From assembly GCA_963714975.1 (NCBI GenBank), contig CAVQQD010000002.1, forward strand, positions 384,001 to 448,000: a DNA stretch of 64,000 nt, given 5' to 3'. Numbering within the stretch: position 1 is the first letter of the stretch; the number at the start of each line of letters is the position of its first letter. The DNA is from an uncultured Gammaproteobacteria bacterium (GTDB lineage Bacteria > Pseudomonadota > Gammaproteobacteria > JAURND01). The notes beneath the pieces were generated by a model. That model saw nothing but the letters and a program-made list of their open reading frames with translations. It was not told the DNA's origin and made no database searches. Below are positions 9,835-19,617 of this stretch, piece after piece. Made by a program: the position numbers and the translations under genes.

Positions 9835-10146
9835 ATGGTCTTCATAGAAACACATATATTTACAAAACAGCTTAACGATTACCTCTCAGATGAGGAATAC
9901 CGAAAGTTACAGGAATTTCTTATTGAAAATCCTCATGTGGGCGATTTAATTCAAGGCACAGGCGGGTTACGCAAGCTGCGTTGGGGGTTGGAAAATAAGG
10001 GAAAACGAGGTGGGGTAAGGATCATTTATTATTGGCAGACATTTTATAACCAAATTTATTTGATGACATTGTATGCAAAAAATGAAATGACTGATTTAAC
10101 TGCGAAAGAGAAAAAAGCACTCCAGCAAATGATAGAAAGGTGGTAA
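9835..10146 (+). CDS. higB: RelE/HigB-family toxin
   Basis: MVFIET..F; GDLIQGTGGLRKLRW...GKRGGVRIIYY; YAKNE..DL. Confidence 0.88.
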   Translation: MVFIETHIFTKQLNDYLSDEEYRKLQEFLIENPHVGDLIQGTGGLRKLRWGLENKGKRGGVRIIYYWQTFYNQIYLMTLYAKNEMTDLTAKEKKALQQMIERW

Positions 10147-10148
10147 TA

Positions 10149-10472
10149 ATGGCTACACAAAAAAAGCGTAACTTATTTGAAGAGCTGAAAAGTGGCGTCG
10201 AAGAAATTAATGAACATAAAGCAGGCAAAATAACCTTACGTAACTTCACCTTTAAAAAGAAATCCAAACCCAAAGTTACTGCTAGTTTTATTCGTAAAAC
10301 GCGCCAAGAATTTCACATGTCGCGCAATGTATTTGCTCTAAAATTACGAGTGTCCCCTCGAACTCTCGAAAAATGGGAACAAGGCGAAACCACACCTAAC
10401 GATCAAGCAGCCACATTAATTTTAATGGTACACAAATTTCCTGATACTCTTAAACGCCTTGAAGAAATTTAA
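10149..10472 (+). CDS. higA: HigA-like XRE HTH antitoxin
   Basis: RNLFEELK.G..E; HTH ...FALKLRVSPRTLEKWEQG; directly downstream of the toxin. Confidence 0.85.
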   Translation: MATQKKRNLFEELKSGVEEINEHKAGKITLRNFTFKKKSKPKVTASFIRKTRQEFHMSRNVFALKLRVSPRTLEKWEQGETTPNDQAATLILMVHKFPDTLKRLEEI

Positions 10473-10680
10473 AATTTTTAATTTTATCTCCATTATTTTC
10501 GACTTTGGGCAAATCAAAGCCTCTTTCCACAACCTGAGCGCCAGTGCCATTATCAGCCGTATTCCAAAAAGAATTGTGAGGATATTTTCATAAATCTTTT
10601 GCTACACTTGTTAATTTTTCCTTAAGCTAGTAGACTCTCTCTGTGGTTGGGCAGTATCGCAAGTACGACAGGCCAGCCCA

Positions 10681-10914
10681 CTGTTATTCTGAGCGAACCG
10701 AAGGGCCTCCTAATAAGCGTTGTCCTGGCATGGAGGTCAGGATCCACCCACAGGGATGTGAAAGTTTCGCTTCCTACCTTGGATTATTAGTGATCAAAAA
10801 CCATCCATGGTTTTTGCCCTGCGGGTCGCTTCGCGTGGCTAATTTGTTCCTGACAAATTAGTCCTGCAGGGATTAGGAGGTCGGGGGAGGTCTTTCGCTT
10901 CGCTTAGAATGACA
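10681..10914. repeat. Nested palindromic REP-like repeats
   Basis: Outer imperfect IR TGTTATTCTGAGCGAA...TTCGCTTAGAATGACA; inner CACAGGGATGTGAAAGTTTCGCTTCCT matches the reverse complement of ~33154-33181. Confidence 0.6.
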
Positions 10915-10975
10915 AATTTGTTAGGAATTTATTGAGGAGGGAATTTAAAAACCCACGTGAAGTTATTGCAGTCCT

Positions 10976-11905
10976 ATGGCCCCTAATATTTTTACTTGTT
11001 TTATCATTGGAGAGGATAATCTCCATTTGGAATGTGCCAAAATTATCCAACAACAAGGACAGCAAATCGTAGGCATTATTTCTGCGTATGAAGCCGCAGA
11101 ACTCTGGGCCTTGCAACTGGGAATTCCCCACTACGCCTCTCTAGCAGCCGCCCAAGAAGCATTCAACAAAACTTCTTTTGATTATTTATTTAGCATCGTC
11201 AATGCACAGATTTTGCCTGCAGCGATACTCAATCTGCCTCGGCAATTGGCGATTAATTTTCATGATGCGCCTTTACCGCGATATGCCGGAGTTCACGCCA
11301 CTTCCTGGGCAATCTTAAATCAAGAACAGACCCATGGCATCACCTGGCATGTGGCCACAGAAACCGTCGATGCCGGGGATATTTTGCAGCAAGTGACGGT
11401 GCCGATTACTGAAGATGAAACTACGTTGAGTTTAAACCTCAAATGCTACGAAGCCGCACTGCAAAGCTTCCCGGATTTAGTGCAATCTTTAGCGAAGCAC
11501 AGTTATCAACGCCAACCTCAAGATTTAAGTCAACGTACCTATTTTGGCCTTCATCAAAAACCTGCTGGTGATGGTTGGATTGATTGGAATGCCAGTGCTG
11601 AAGCTACTGAGCGATTATTTCGGGCTACTCAATTTGGCTCTTATCCTAATCGTTTTACTTGTCCGAAATTTAAACGAGGGGAAGAGGAATTTATCATCAC
11701 TCAATTAGAGCTATTATCCGAGTCATCGACTGCAGCTCCTGGAACCATAGTTGCTGTTACTGCGGACTATTGGCGCATTGCAACCGCTAGTTACGACATT
11801 GCCATTCGACAGATTTGTACTTTAGAAGGTGATGCAGTCACTCTTGCAGAAGAGAGGGTGCTAGATCAAGCTTACCCCTCATCCGGCCTTCGACCATTAA
11901 TATAG
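10976..11905 (+). CDS. Formyltransferase domain protein, probably the truncated N-terminus of a larger NRPS-type gene
   Basis: INFHDAPLPRYAG, HGITWH, DAGDIL, WIDW; 3' end runs into an opposite-strand Fic remnant. Confidence 0.7.
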   Translation: MAPNIFTCFIIGEDNLHLECAKIIQQQGQQIVGIISAYEAAELWALQLGIPHYASLAAAQEAFNKTSFDYLFSIVNAQILPAAILNLPRQLAINFHDAPLPRYAGVHATSWAILNQEQTHGITWHVATETVDAGDILQQVTVPITEDETTLSLNLKCYEAALQSFPDLVQSLAKHSYQRQPQDLSQRTYFGLHQKPAGDGWIDWNASAEATERLFRATQFGSYPNRFTCPKFKRGEEEFIITQLELLSESSTAAPGTIVAVTADYWRIATASYDIAIRQICTLEGDAVTLAEERVLDQAYPSSGLRPLI

Positions 11906-12338
11906 TATTTTACCGTTCCAACCTTGATACTCTTTAGTAAATTTAGGTCTTCAAGTGTTTGTAAGTAAAGGGCTGCAGTTTGACGTTTAGCCAATCCCGC
12001 ATCTTCTAAGAAACGAGCCTTGCAATAAGGATGCCGGAATATGATGTCTATTAAATCTCTACTATAAATTTTAGGGGCTTTAGTTTGTACCTTCTTTTTA
12101 GCAGTTTCTATGGCCTCGAGTATCTTGATTACTCGCTCTTGGGTTTCAAATGCTGTAGCTCGAATGGCCTCCAGTATGTACAAAACCCAATCAGCCCATG
12201 CCCCTTCCTCTGTCACCCGCCCTAGCCCCTCATAATATGATTGCCTTGTCCGCAAGATATAATCGGTTTATCAAGCAACCCTTTTTCAACCAGGAACAGA
12301 ATATTAATTACACGACCAGTACGGCCATTGCCATCCAC
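11872..12338 (-). pseudogene. Fic-family protein remnant
   Basis: [16 protein letters not shown] near 12290-12338, out of frame with the C-terminal part (YYEGL..VT..GAWADWVLY...); HPF and N-terminus missing. Confidence 0.75.
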
Positions 12339-12344
12339 AATCGG

Positions 12345-12629
12345 TCAGTGGTCATACCATGAATATTGAAGCCTTTCCGCCGTGTAGTCGAGGCAGCTGG
12401 CTTGAATCCCAAGGAAATTGTCCGCCATACCCTACGGCACACAGCAATTACCCACCTAGTGCAAGCTGGTGTTGATCTGCCTACAGTGAAACGAATCTCA
12501 GGGCATAAGACGTTGCAGATGGTGGAACGGTATAGTCATCAGAATGGGGCACATATTCAGGCAGCGATGGATAAGCTGGAGGAAAGGTATAAACAGACCC
12601 CTTCTTCCTTGATTCTTACCTCTAAATAA
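12345..12629 (+). pseudogene. Tyrosine recombinase/integrase C-terminal fragment
   Basis: HTLRHTAITHL...ISGHK...ERYSH catalytic motifs; no N-terminus. Confidence 0.8.
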
Positions 12630-12684
12630 GGGGTTAAACACATTTCCAGTGTCCCTCCTTAAATATAATTGATATTGATAGCGT

Positions 12685-13125
12685 ATGTGCTATCATTTTG
12701 AAATGAAAAACATTTTAATTGATACTTGCATATTTGTATCAGCTTTAATTAGCGAGAGTGGGGCAAGCCGAGAGGTACTACGGCGCTGCCTTAACAAAAA
12801 ATATCAGCCATTAATGGGAAATGCCCTTTTTACTGAATATCAATCCCTGCTGCAGCGTGATTTGTTTAAAAATTGTCCTTTATCTGCTAATGAACGAGAA
12901 ACACTCCTGGATGCTTTTATGAGTGTTTGCCAATGGATTCATATTTACTATCTTTGGCGACCTAACTTAAGAGATGAAGGCGACAATCATGTTTTAGAAT
13001 TGGCGATTGCAGGTAATGCAAGCGCAATTATTACAAACAATGTCAAAGATTTTAAAAATGGCCAACTACTTTTCCCTGGAATTAATATTTTAAAACCAGA
13101 GCAATTATTGAAGGAGGATACTTAA
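12685..13125 (+). CDS. PIN-domain toxin
   Basis: ILIDTCIFVSAL; WRPNLRDEGDNHVLELA; IITNNVKDF (start may be the second Met). Confidence 0.85.
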   Translation: MCYHFEMKNILIDTCIFVSALISESGASREVLRRCLNKKYQPLMGNALFTEYQSLLQRDLFKNCPLSANERETLLDAFMSVCQWIHIYYLWRPNLRDEGDNHVLELAIAGNASAIITNNVKDFKNGQLLFPGINILKPEQLLKEDT

Positions 13126-13126
13126 A

Positions 13127-13366
13127 ATGTCGACTCTAACCATTAGATTACCTGATGACAAGCATGAACGACTTAGGCTCCTAGCTGAACAACGGCATAT
13201 CAGTATTAATAAATTAATGGAAGAAATCTCTACAATAGTGCTTGCCGAATTTGATGCAGAAATGCGATTTCGTGCCCGAGCTGCTAAAGGTTCTCCAAAA
13301 GAAGGGCTTAAGCTGCTTAACCAATTAGATAAGCATTTTCATGAAAAAGATGATAGCAAATCATGA
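13127..13366 (+). CDS. RHH/HicB-like antitoxin
   Basis: MSTLTIRLPDDKHERLR.LA....SINKLMEE; coupled to the PIN gene. Confidence 0.8.
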   Translation: MSTLTIRLPDDKHERLRLLAEQRHISINKLMEEISTIVLAEFDAEMRFRARAAKGSPKEGLKLLNQLDKHFHEKDDSKS

Positions 13367-13523
13367 AGGATGGTTAATCAATTCTTTGAAAAACAAAGAA
13401 GAATCTGCTGCATATTTGCAAGTAGCTCTAGAAGAATACCGAAAGGACAATGATGTCGAATGCTTATTGTTAGCACTGCACCACGTCCCAGAAGCTCAAG
13501 GCGGCCTGGATAAGTTACCCTAA
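13341..13523 (+). pseudogene. Truncated addiction-module antidote (HI1420-like) fragment
   Basis: AAYLQVALEE...LLLAL..V.EAQGG, then a stop before the expected HTH. Confidence 0.55.
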
Positions 13524-13559
13524 AGAACTCATGTGGATTATGTGAGAATATTGCAAATA

Positions 13560-14288
13560 CTAATTTAGGTATCTATTGTCTTCCTGAGAAACCTCACGCC
13601 AATTAATTTTCCCATTGAAGAAATTATCGGCACATTTCAAAGGCGTGACTGTATAGGAAAAGCTTTTATTATCGACATTGTCAACCCTATACCATTTTGC
13701 AGATAGGAGAAATAGGCTTTCATTAACCAAGTGTGGAGTAAATGCAAAATTTTCAGCATTAGCACGCATTGCAATAGTTGGGTATACAATGCCACAACTA
13801 AGTTGCTTCATTAAAAATTTTTCTGCAATTACTGCAGTAAGTGTATACCTATTTTCCTCAGGGCAAGTAAATATTTCTGAAAAAAAATCGATAATATAGC
13901 TATTTGGCTTTTTAAGCTCATTTGGATGCCGCTTTTCAGGAGGAATAATATGAGGACATTTTCTAGCTGAACACAATTGCGCAAAAATTTGCTCAGAATA
14001 CCCGAGAGGAATACATAAAATCTCGTTAGCTATCCTCCACTTGGAAAGCACTACAGTATCACCTGCTTGGATATTCAACTCAAAGAAAGGTGTTCTAGGA
14101 TCACCGCTACAATAAAATAAAGGATTACCAGGTAAATTAGCCCTATTGAGCCTAACCATATCAACAGGTGGATAACTTAGTTGTGATACGTCTAAAGGCA
14201 TCTCGCTATATTTAACTGCCCGATACAAGCTACCATCCCCCCACTGAGTGGGAATAAAAAGGACAGTATGAATATATACGTCATACAA
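13560..14288 (-). CDS. RES-domain protein; start uncertain
   Basis: LYRA, NRANLPGNPLFYCS, FFEL, GIVYPT, NFA motifs. Confidence 0.65.
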   Translation of the reverse strand: MYDVYIHTVLFIPTQWGDGSLYRAVKYSEMPLDVSQLSYPPVDMVRLNRANLPGNPLFYCSGDPRTPFFELNIQAGDTVVLSKWRIANEILCIPLGYSEQIFAQLCSARKCPHIIPPEKRHPNELKKPNSYIIDFFSEIFTCPEENRYTLTAVIAEKFLMKQLSCGIVYPTIAMRANAENFAFTPHLVNESLFLLSAKWYRVDNVDNKSFSYTVTPLKCADNFFNGKINWREVSQEDNRYLN

Positions 14289-14309
14289 AAAAGCAATCTG
14301 TCTTCTTAA

Positions 14310-14664
14310 ATCCGATTTTCTTTATAACCTTTTAGTTGAAAGAAAAAAAAGCAGCGTGAGTTCTTATGTTTTTCCTGGTCCAGGCCAACAAGGTTTTTTA
14401 ATCGAGCCACGAAAACAAATGAGTAAGGTTATTGAGGAAACAGGAAAAAAATTTACTGTGCATGATTTGCGCCGCACTTTTATTACAGTAGCTGAAAGTT
14501 TAGATATTCCAGCCTATGCGCTAAAAAGGCTATTAAATCATCGATCCAGCAGTGATGTGACGGAAGGTTATATTATTATTGATGTAGAGCGACTACGTAA
14601 ACCTATGCAAATGATCGCCAATTGTTTATGCCAATTCATGAAGAATGATAATATCAATATGTAG
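14310..14664 (+). pseudogene. Second tyrosine integrase C-terminal fragment
   Basis: SDFLYNLL..R...YVFP; HDLRRTF; LLNH; DVTEGY. Confidence 0.8.
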
Positions 14665-14710
14665 AGAGCTTCTCAGGTTCACCACTTTTATCCATGGAAT
14701 CATTCAGGTC

Positions 14711-14875
14711 CTATATTTTATGACTATACTCACTGGTAGAATGAAATGTTTGATGTTGTTCAATCCAATTGACAATGTCACGTTTATAATATAAGCATCT
14801 TAGGCCCATTTTCTTAAATGGGACGCCGCCTCCTTGCCAACGCATTTTTTCACACCAACTCACTGATTTATGGGT
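14711..14875 (-). pseudogene. Excisionase-like HTH remnant
   Basis: SVSWCEKMRWQGGGVPFKKMG.RCLY...DIVNWI. Confidence 0.6.
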
Positions 14876-15042
14876 CACGATCGTGTTTTGATACAGCTCC
14901 TCGTCGATTGGTTCGTTCAAAATATTTTTTTATTATTTCCCAATCGTTATCTGTTACATCACTTGGATATCCCATTTCAACCCTCCTACTATTTTTTCTA
15001 GTAGGAGAAATTATATAGGATTTTCTTTAACCAAACAGCTTC
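14868..15042 (-). mobile_element. IS5-family left-end remnant: terminal IR plus the first ~33 transposase codons
   Basis: 14975 ATG MGYPSDVTDNDWEIIKKYF...KHDR; IR GAAGCTGTTTGGTTAA ending at 15042 equals the IRs at 17364 and 17586. Confidence 0.7.
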
Positions 15043-15956
15043 TCAGAGCCAGAAAAACACCTATCACAAACCCGCCTAATCTCCCCCCGCAACCAAACCA
15101 ATCCCGCATCATTATCCTGCTGCCGATGCCAGACTTGCACGATAGGAAAAGGTGCAATAAAGAAGGGAGGAGGAGCAAATTTCAGCTGATATTTTTTCGC
15201 CGACTGCAAGATAATATTCCTAGAAAAAGTACCAACCAGGTCAGAAGAAGCAAGTATTTCTAATGCCGGGAGAGCATTAGGGAGGGAGAGTTTAATATTA
15301 CGTTGCAAATTCAGTTTTCGCAGCGCCTGATCAGCTCTGGGTAACTCTTCAGAATAGACACAGGCCGCCAGATGTTCCGCCTGCAAATAGCGCTCCAAGG
15401 TCAACGGTTTTTTAAAAATAGCATGATTCGCACGAGCAACGCATACCGGTTGATCCATAAAAAGCTTTTCCGCCTGCAACTGCCTGGGAAACTTTTTAGC
15501 TAAACCAATGCCGATATCCAATTTTTCCTTTTCAAAATCCTCCGCACAGAATTCATTGTGGTGAAGAATTTTTAAGGAAACTTTAGGTGCTGACTTTCTG
15601 ATCTGCTCATAAATTTTTCCCAGCAATACATATTCCGCATAGTTCGTCATACCCAATTTGAATGTACGCGTGGAAGTTTTATATTCAAATTCATCGCTAT
15701 GGAAGAGTAAAGTTTCTAGCTCATTCAAGGCCTGATCGACTTTTGGCGCTAAAAATAAAGCCTTTTGCGTGGGGATCATCCTCTTCGGGCCACGAATCAA
15801 TAACTCGTCCTGAAATAATTCCCGTAACTGCTGTAATGAATTACTGATAGCTGGCTGAGTAAGATGTAAGCGATTAGCGGCGGCAGAAACATGTTGTTCC
15901 TGCATAAGCACGGAAAATACTTTTAAGAGATTAATATTGATTCTATAGATGTTCAT
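15027..15956 (-). CDS. LysR-family transcriptional regulator
   Basis: NLLKVF...VSAAANRLHLTQPAISNSLQQLRELFQDELL; WH...D.GLVWLR. Confidence 0.92.
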   Translation of the reverse strand: MNIYRININLLKVFSVLMQEQHVSAAANRLHLTQPAISNSLQQLRELFQDELLIRGPKRMIPTQKALFLAPKVDQALNELETLLFHSDEFEYKTSTRTFKLGMTNYAEYVLLGKIYEQIRKSAPKVSLKILHHNEFCAEDFEKEKLDIGIGLAKKFPRQLQAEKLFMDQPVCVARANHAIFKKPLTLERYLQAEHLAACVYSEELPRADQALRKLNLQRNIKLSLPNALPALEILASSDLVGTFSRNIILQSAKKYQLKFAPPPFFIAPFPIVQVWHRQQDNDAGLVWLRGEIRRVCDRCFSGSEKLFG

Positions 15957-15968
15957 AGGCGACAGATT

Positions 15969-17276
15969 CTAATGTAGTAAAAATATAAAATAACCTAGAA
16001 ATATCGCCGCAATAAACAACAGCATAAGATTTAATTCCTTCCTCTTGCCAGTGATAGATTTCAGAATCACATAGGCAATAATGCCCATGCCTATGCCGTC
16101 AGCAATGGAAAAGCTGAATGGAATCATGACAACGATGAGGATGCAGGGTATGAAATCAGTGAGATCCTGGACATTGAACAAGGTGATATTCCTCATCATC
16201 AGTATGCCCACATAGAATAACGCTGGCGCCACTGCATAAGCTGGAATAGACATTGCCAATGGCGACAGAAACAATACCAGTAAAAATAATAGCGCAACCA
16301 CAATAGCGACCAGGCCGGTTCGCCCTCCAGCTTCAATACCCGCAGCGCTTTCCATATAAGGACTGGTGGGGGCAGTTCCGAGCAAAGATCCGGAAATAGT
16401 GCCAATGCTCTCAGCCATGAGCGCGCGGGAAGTTCTTTGTACGCGCCGCGGATCCTGACGAAACAGAGAATGTCGTAATAAACCAACCAGAGCTCCGGTG
16501 GAGTCAAAAAACGCGGCCAATAAAAAGGTAAAAATAATGGGTAAAGATTGGTACTGCAGCGCCCCTTTTAAATCCAGGGCCAGAAAAGTTGGCGCTATGC
16601 TGGGAGGTAATGAAAAGAAACCGTGAAATTGCGACATGCCCAGCAAGAGGCTTATCAGCGTAATGATGAAGATGGAGATAATTAAGCCGCCGTGGATGCG
16701 AAAATGATCTAAGGCGACGATGATAAAAAAGCCAAGGAAAAATAGAATACTCGGCCCAGAACCGAGATGACCAATGGCCAAAAGCGTTTTACCACTGGGC
16801 TTGATAATGATTTCAGCATTTTCCAGAGCAATTAAGGCGATGAACATCCCTAGGCCAACGGTAATGGCAAGATTGATATGCTCAGGCATGGATTCAACAA
16901 TCCACATTCGTGCCTTAGTCAGAGTGATTATGAAAAAAATGACTCCGGAGATAAACACCATTCCCAAAGCTTGTTGCCAAGAGTAACCCGAGCCTAGGAC
17001 TACCGTGTACGCAAAGAAGGAAACAATTCCCATCGCCGGCGCGATCGCAATGGGATAATTAGCTATTAAACCGAGTAATACACTGGCAATAATAATGACT
17101 AAGCAGGTTGCCACATAAACCGCGCCCTTATCCATGCCAGAGGCGCCGAGGATAAGGGGGTTCACGAAGATGATATAGGACATGGTCAGGAAAGTAGTGA
17201 GCCCAGCCAGACACTCTCGGCTTATGGTTGTTTTATTTTCTGACAGTTTGAATAATTGAGTAATAAAGCGCTGCAT
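15969..17276 (-). CDS. NCS2/AzgA-family purine (guanine/hypoxanthine) permease
   Basis: AGLTTFLTMSYIIFVNP.IL; APAMG; YMESAAGIEAGGRTGL; SIADGI. Confidence 0.92.
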   Translation of the reverse strand: MQRFITQLFKLSENKTTISRECLAGLTTFLTMSYIIFVNPLILGASGMDKGAVYVATCLVIIIASVLLGLIANYPIAIAPAMGIVSFFAYTVVLGSGYSWQQALGMVFISGVIFFIITLTKARMWIVESMPEHINLAITVGLGMFIALIALENAEIIIKPSGKTLLAIGHLGSGPSILFFLGFFIIVALDHFRIHGGLIISIFIITLISLLLGMSQFHGFFSLPPSIAPTFLALDLKGALQYQSLPIIFTFLLAAFFDSTGALVGLLRHSLFRQDPRRVQRTSRALMAESIGTISGSLLGTAPTSPYMESAAGIEAGGRTGLVAIVVALLFLLVLFLSPLAMSIPAYAVAPALFYVGILMMRNITLFNVQDLTDFIPCILIVVMIPFSFSIADGIGMGIIAYVILKSITGKRKELNLMLLFIAAIFLGYFIFLLH

Positions 17277-17363
17277 GGCTGGGTTCCTGAAGAAGGTTTA
17301 ATGTTTTTAATCAATAGGTTATATATTTTATTTGCGCGTTTTCTGGGTTCTAATATTATCTTA

Positions 17364-17586
17364 GAAGCTGTTTGGTTAAAAAATATATATAATTTTTCAT
17401 TTTTTGGCTTTTCCACCTTGATTGGAGCAATATTCAATCCTGTGGCCGTCATTGCGAGGAGCTTGCTTTGAGCAATCCAGTTAACCTAGCTTTATTGTGG
17501 ATTGCTCAAAGCAAGCTCCTCGCAATGACGGCCAGGGGACTTTTATTTTTGTCTACCCGCATAGAATTTTTTAACCAAACAGCTTC
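17364..17586. mobile_element. MITE with IS5-type ends enclosing a palindromic repeat
   Basis: GAAGCTGTTTGGTTAAAAAAT ... ATTTTTTAACCAAACAGCTTC, flanked by TA on both sides; internal hairpin 17439-17536. Confidence 0.7.
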
Positions 17587-17594
17587 TAAGCAAA

Positions 17595-18071
17595 CTATTG
17601 AGCAAGTGTTCGCCTCTCCCCTTGTGAGGGGGAGGAGCACAATTCATGACCTTTGATCCATTCTGTATTGCCATCAATATAGTGTTCCTGCTTCCAGATC
17701 GGACATCGATGCTTAATTGCCTCAATAATATAACGGCAGGCTTTGAATGCCTCATCACGATGGATAGCACTTACTGCAACAATGACGCTGATACCACCAA
17801 TCGCTAATCTACCTTTAAAATGTTCAATGTATATTTTTAGGTATTGATCAAATTGTTGTAGGACTTCTTGACAAATATCGTCCAATACTTTTAATGCCAA
17901 TTTCTCATGCACATCATAACTCACGCCTATCACGTTTTTACCAAGATTATGATTACGAATAGTACCTATAAAACTAGTGGTAGCGCCTTGCATTGAATCA
18001 CCGACAAATGCGAAGGCATGAGCAACCATAATTTCGCGTTCTGTTATATTGCAATAATATAACCCGTTCAT
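17595..18071 (-). CDS. moaE: Molybdopterin synthase catalytic subunit
   Basis: GATTSFIGTIRNHN; HRDEAFKACRYIIE.IK...PIWKQEH. Confidence 0.93.
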   Translation of the reverse strand: MNGLYYCNITEREIMVAHAFAFVGDSMQGATTSFIGTIRNHNLGKNVIGVSYDVHEKLALKVLDDICQEVLQQFDQYLKIYIEHFKGRLAIGGISVIVAVSAIHRDEAFKACRYIIEAIKHRCPIWKQEHYIDGNTEWIKGHELCSSPSQGERRTLAQ

Positions 18072-18074
18072 AAT

Positions 18075-18356
18075 TTATCCTCCACACACGGGCGGTAAAA
18101 TACTTAATACGGTATCTTCCTGTAAGATATGATTATTAGATAAAATCTTACAGTCATCCGCAAAAACAGATTGCGTGAGTAGGTCATGCTCCAAAAATTC
18201 GCCATTTTGTTTAAGAATTTCAGCAGCTACAGATGATCTTACATCAATTAAAGAGGCGCCGCTCCATAGAGTAATTTTAATTTCACGATCAGCGATATAA
18301 CGTCGAAATTGTCCATACAGATTTATTGTGACGATTATGTTTTTTTTATCATTCAT
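18075..18356 (-). CDS. moaD: Molybdopterin synthase sulfur carrier subunit
   Basis: C-terminal LPPVCGG; operon context. Confidence 0.9.
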   Translation of the reverse strand: MNDKKNIIVTINLYGQFRRYIADREIKITLWSGASLIDVRSSVAAEILKQNGEFLEHDLLTQSVFADDCKILSNNHILQEDTVLSILPPVCGG

Positions 18357-19617
18357 TTTGCCTACTTCCTAAGGTGTGACGCGGATGCAATGGGTAAATT
18401 TTTATAAAATCAGAGGCTTGATAATGCGCATTATTTTCTTCTAAAATAGCCCAGCAATTGGCAGCTAATAACGAACTTATTTTAAATGATTCTTGACCTT
18501 TCAGAATATCAACTTTTGCCACACCATCGTCAATATGCAACACAGCCTTATAAAAGCAACGCAACTCTTTTGGCTTGCTAATATCTGCTTGTAATCTCGC
18601 TATTAATGGTTGATCTACTGCTGTTTGTTGTAAGGCACAAAGTAGAGGATAAAGAAAAAAACGTACCCCTACCACCATAGATATCGGGTTCCCGGGTAAA
18701 CCCAGGATATAGGTTTTATTTAGTTTTGCAAATATAATGGGTTTCCCAGGTTTTATAGCTACTTTATGAAATATGATATCCGCGCCAAGCATCTTTAAAG
18801 CAGAGGGTATGAAATCCCATTTCCCGGCAGATACCGCACCTGTAGTAATGATAATGTCAGGTGTATTACCTGTGCTCATTAAATTTTTAATTTTCTGTAC
18901 GAATGTTTTCGGTTCATCGAGAACTGTGCAATAATCGTCAACCTGGAGCCCTAATGTTGTAAATATAGTACGTAAATAAATCATATTAGCATTTCTAATT
19001 TTTCCAGGCTGTAGCGGTATTGAATAGTCATCTATCAATTCTTTCCCGGTAGTAATCACCCAGATACGGGGTTTCTTTTTCACATGAACCATAACAGTTC
19101 CTGTGGCTGCTAATGCCATCAAATGTTGCGCTGTGATCACTGCACCCTTATGAATAATAGGCGCGCCAATAGAAAAATCTTCACCGATAGAACGAATGTT
19201 TTCATGTTGCTTTATTTCCTTATGCATCGTAACAGTCTGGTTTTCAGCATCAAGTATAGCATGCTCAATGGGAATTACAGCATTATAAGCATCTGGGACG
19301 CTTGCACCTGTCATGATTTCTATTGAACTATAGGGTGGGCAGTGTGTACAAACATTATGTTCTCCTGCAGCTATACTAGAGATCACTTGTAAAGTGAGTG
19401 GTTGTTGAGCTGAGACATTTTTAGTTTCTTCTGCTCTAATTGCAAAGCCATCCATCCCCGAATTATTGAAGGAGGGGATTGGCTCTTTTGCAATAATTGT
19501 CTCTGCCATTATTCGATTTAGCGCATCAAATAACGAACATTTTTCTTCACCCAGTGGTTGGGTCGATTGCGTAAGTTTTGTTAGCGCCTCAAGATAACTG
19601 ATCATGATTTCTCTCAT
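18349..19617 (-). CDS. moeA: Molybdopterin molybdotransferase
   Basis: PSFNNSGMDGFA; IMTGA; TTGAVSAGKWD; KPGKP; LPGNP. Confidence 0.95.
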   Translation of the reverse strand: MREIMISYLEALTKLTQSTQPLGEEKCSLFDALNRIMAETIIAKEPIPSFNNSGMDGFAIRAEETKNVSAQQPLTLQVISSIAAGEHNVCTHCPPYSSIEIMTGASVPDAYNAVIPIEHAILDAENQTVTMHKEIKQHENIRSIGEDFSIGAPIIHKGAVITAQHLMALAATGTVMVHVKKKPRIWVITTGKELIDDYSIPLQPGKIRNANMIYLRTIFTTLGLQVDDYCTVLDEPKTFVQKIKNLMSTGNTPDIIITTGAVSAGKWDFIPSALKMLGADIIFHKVAIKPGKPIIFAKLNKTYILGLPGNPISMVVGVRFFLYPLLCALQQTAVDQPLIARLQADISKPKELRCFYKAVLHIDDGVAKVDILKGQESFKISSLLAANCWAILEENNAHYQASDFIKIYPLHPRHTLGSRQNE

